From contig NMRA01000034.1 in assembly GCA_002633005.1 (NCBI GenBank), positions 1,493,795 through 1,557,794 of the forward strand: a DNA stretch of 64,000 bases, read 5' to 3'. Source of the stretch: Phoronis australis (taxonomy: Eukaryota > Animalia > Phoronida). Numbering within the stretch: the stretch's first letter is position 1; each line of letters starts with the position of its first letter. The notes beneath the pieces are model-generated. The model was not told the origin of the DNA and ran no database searches. It saw only the letters and a program-made list of their open reading frames with translations. The position numbers were made by a program, and so were the translations under genes. This document shows positions 61,051 to 64,000 of the stretch, one piece after another.

Positions 61051-62560
61051 TTTATTATGCGCCCACAAATTTATATGTGGACGCATTATGCCGTCATCTC
61101 CGTCCGTCCGTCCGTACGGGTGGCGTCCGTCCGGCGTCCGGCGTCCGGTGTCTGCTGCTATATCTCCAAAACCCTTTGACATATGTTCATGAAATTTGGC
61201 ACATATGTTCCATTTATTAATGGGACGGCATGTGCGAACTTTCGGACGGATCCGACTACCGGTGTGCCCCCTAGTGGCAATTTTAATTTTTTACGATTAC
61301 CTTTTGTATCTTCAAAAGTCCTTAACGGATTTTCATGAAATTTGCCATCTAGGCCCCTATTAGTGAGATGACGCTATCCTTCCGTTTTCAGATGGACTCG
61401 ACACCTAGTGGCCATTTTTACTGTTTTCGAGTCGGTATTTTTGCGTCCACCCCTCTATCAACCAAACCGCTCAAAGGATGATTGTGAAAATTCGCATGTA
61501 TGTGCTTACTATAAAGAAGACAGCTGACAATGATTTTCAGACGATTTGGACTACTGTGGCGCCTCCTGTTGGCAGTTTTTTTTGTGCCTATGGCTGTACC
61601 TCCTAAACCATTCACAGGATATTTACGAAATTTAATAAGTGTATTTGTATGATATTAACAAAAGTCGATGACGACTTTTGGACGGATTCGCCTACCAGTG
61701 TGCCCCCTAGTGGCAATTTTATTTTTTTACGTTTACCTCTGTATCTTCACAAGTCCTTAATGCATTTTCATGAAATTTGGTATGTAGGCACCTATTAGTG
61801 CGATGACGATATCCTCCCGTTTTCGGATGGATTTGACCTAGTTTGCGACACCCAGTGGCCATTTTTATTGTTTGTGAGTCTGTTTTTGCCGTCCACCCCT
61901 CTATCAACCAAACCGCTCTAAGTATGATTGTGAAAATTGGCATGTATGTTCTTACTATGAAGAGGACAGTTGACGCTGAATTTACCATGACTTTGATTAC
62001 TGTGGCGCCTCCTAGTGTCAGTTTTTTTTTGCGCCCATGGCTGTATCTCCCAAACCGTTCGCAGGATCTTTACTAAATTTAGCAAGTGTATTTATGTGAT
62101 GTTGACAACGGACGATGACGACTTTAGGATGATTCTGACTACCGGTATGCCTCTAGTGGCAATTTAAGTATTTTACATTGACCTCTTTATTTTCATAGGT
62201 CTTCAGGTGTATACTTTGTGTTACTTCGTGACTATGAAGGAAAAGTTCCAAGTAGAAATTTGTTTCTGGCATTCTAATACTGTGCTAATCTCGTATGTTG
62301 GTAAATTTGTTTTTAATTCTATGTTTCTGTGGTGCTTTAAGCAACTGATGTATAGGATGTGCTTGTATTATGAAGATCACTCACATTTTGCCCCTTAGCC
62401 TATTGAGGAGACAATGACCATGCCTTTCCGTTTGGTAAAGTACAACATACTACATATATTCCCTCTACTGGCCACTTTATGGTACCAATGAACAACCCTA
62501 GAAGGATACCGTATACGGTGCAATTGTGGGCGCATTTCAACGCTCTGCGTTGCTCTTGTT
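61051..62560 (+). mobile_element. Helentron-type element family A, full length
   Basis: ttatgcgcccac 5' end, (cgtc)n, ~440-bp internal repeats, 3' gtgggcgcatttcaacgctctgcgttgctcttgtt. Confidence 0.85.
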
Positions 62561-62689
62561 TAATTTCGGTGACTTTGCCAGTTGTTAAACCACTGGGCTT
62601 TGATTGACTTGTCTATCATTAACATGCGGAACCACGGCGTCACAACCAGTTACAGTGCACCAAATTTTGTGCAGTAGCACAAACACGAT

Positions 62690-63420
62690 CGACAACAGAG
62701 TCTCAAGATTTCATGATGTCATTTTAATAACTAGAGGTGGGGATTTCTTCCTTAAAGCTGATGGATCTGAATTTCCTTGGCTAACAAGACGGTTAATAAT
62801 GCATTGAAGCAAACTAAGAATTTTTATTAGCATATTCTCCATCAATTGTCTTGAAAGAGCCTGTTCCAGTCAACATTCTTTAAAGCTTCAAATTGCGGTA
62901 GACAAGATGGTATACTATTGGACAACCTTTTCAATGTGGACATGGTTAGACTTATATCCCTTTTGAGCGACTCTGTGCAGTCATATCTCCTGTGTACATC
63001 AATAATCTTATGTATGCCGAAGATCTTATTCTGTTCTTACCTCCAGTTAATGGTATTTTTAAACTTCTTGCAGTATGTGGGCATTATGGTAAACCACATG
63101 AACTTAAATATCATTATCAAGGGTACTGTTATGTGTTTTGAAAGTAGATTGTTAGGAACTTCTGTATTGTACAACATATATTAATGTGGTGATCCTTTAA
63201 AGATTGTACAAGAGATTGAATATTTGGTGAACTTATAATTACTTTCACTATGGATGGCTGTGAAATCTCACGAAGACGAAAAAAAAGCAATACGTCCAAG
63301 CCTACTCTATAACTAAAAATTCCATATGTGTAGTCTCCCTGTCCAAATCAGTTGCGTGCCTCTTTCTGTTTTCCAAAGCATACTGCCCACCGGTTGATGG
63401 AATTTCAACATGTTTAATAT
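62690..63420 (+). mobile_element. Decayed non-LTR retrotransposon reverse transcriptase fragment
   Basis: SNCGRQDGILLDNLFNVDM (degenerate GVRQGgiLSPxLFN) followed, after a frameshift, by INNLMYAEDLIL (degenerate YADD). Confidence 0.75.
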
Positions 63421-64000
63421 CTCATATTCCACAGGATGACATAAATAACCAACAACGGCAACATTAGCAGTAAACTAGTTCATTTTTCCTAAAAGAATGT
63501 TTGCATTAAATAACATGCGATTGAATTGTTTAAAACCACCATTCACCTTACTCTGAGCAGTGACTAAATTGTCAGAATCATTAAACTTTCATCTATAGGC
63601 ACTGTTAGAGAAATGACCATACTCAAATACACATGTCACTGCTTCAACTTTCACGTCGGCAACTAGTAAGTGTAGCGGCAATTTTTTTTAACTTTGTGTC
63701 TCTGGACTTCAATTTCGAATGTCATAGCTTGCTGACCAAGGATAGCGTCATACAGCAATCTATCATTGATTAGGTAACAGAGAGGAGAATTATGCAAGAA
63801 AATGATGTTTATTAGATTACTTTTCACTTAAAGGGCTGCTATGGGCAAGTTGAGTGTGGACTGAACATTGGAGTATATCTGTTCCTCGATCACCAGTGAC
63901 TGTCACTCACTTGGCTACATAATAAGAAACTGTAACCACAGGTTGCTGGCTACTAATGTAGGCCTAAGTACTGCAAAATTCGTCAGTCGTCGATAGGTGA

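Larger units (their letters stand above)
46230..62700. repeat. Degenerate ~1.95-kb macro-repeat array (several partial or complete copies) fragmented by insertions
   Basis: Shared landmarks: gtctta(c/t)ccgatacat (46263, 50189, 57549); gcaga(t/c)gcc(a/g)caa (46657, 50626, 55487, 57985); cttgtttgatttgg (49722, 51670, 54511, 56580). An inverted piece lies at about 47390-47547. Confidence 0.8.

Overview
AT-rich eukaryotic DNA from a non-vertebrate animal; the repeat types suggest a marine invertebrate such as a lophotrochozoan, but the taxon cannot be fixed from the sequence. Two intron-containing genes lie tail-to-tail. The first is the 3' eight coding exons of a HEATR4-like HEAT-repeat gene (+, 925-8627), with phase-consistent GT-AG junctions and a long acidic C-terminal exon. 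The second is a glass orthologue, a five-C2H2-finger photoreceptor transcription factor (-, coding exons 25809-25658 and 17513-16586), with candidate 5' UTR exons and promoter near 27.4-28.6 kb. The rest is intergenic and transposon-rich: decayed LINE and Penelope fragments, hAT-type MITEs, a PIF/Harbinger relic with an interrupted THAP domain, a tRNA-derived SINE and a P-element-like 35-bp footprint. It also holds a 174-bp satellite whose palindromic cores occur in both orientations, and a ~1.95-kb degenerate macro-repeat (46-62 kb) invaded by two families of Helentron-type non-autonomous elements. One family carries co-oriented CTCF-consensus motifs spaced ~142-160 bp apart and the other carries DR1 nuclear-receptor elements. 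Two single-N joins (504, 58774) have flanking duplications that look like assembly or haplotype artefacts. Most ORFs in the supplied track are spurious. All calls were made by eye, without database searches.
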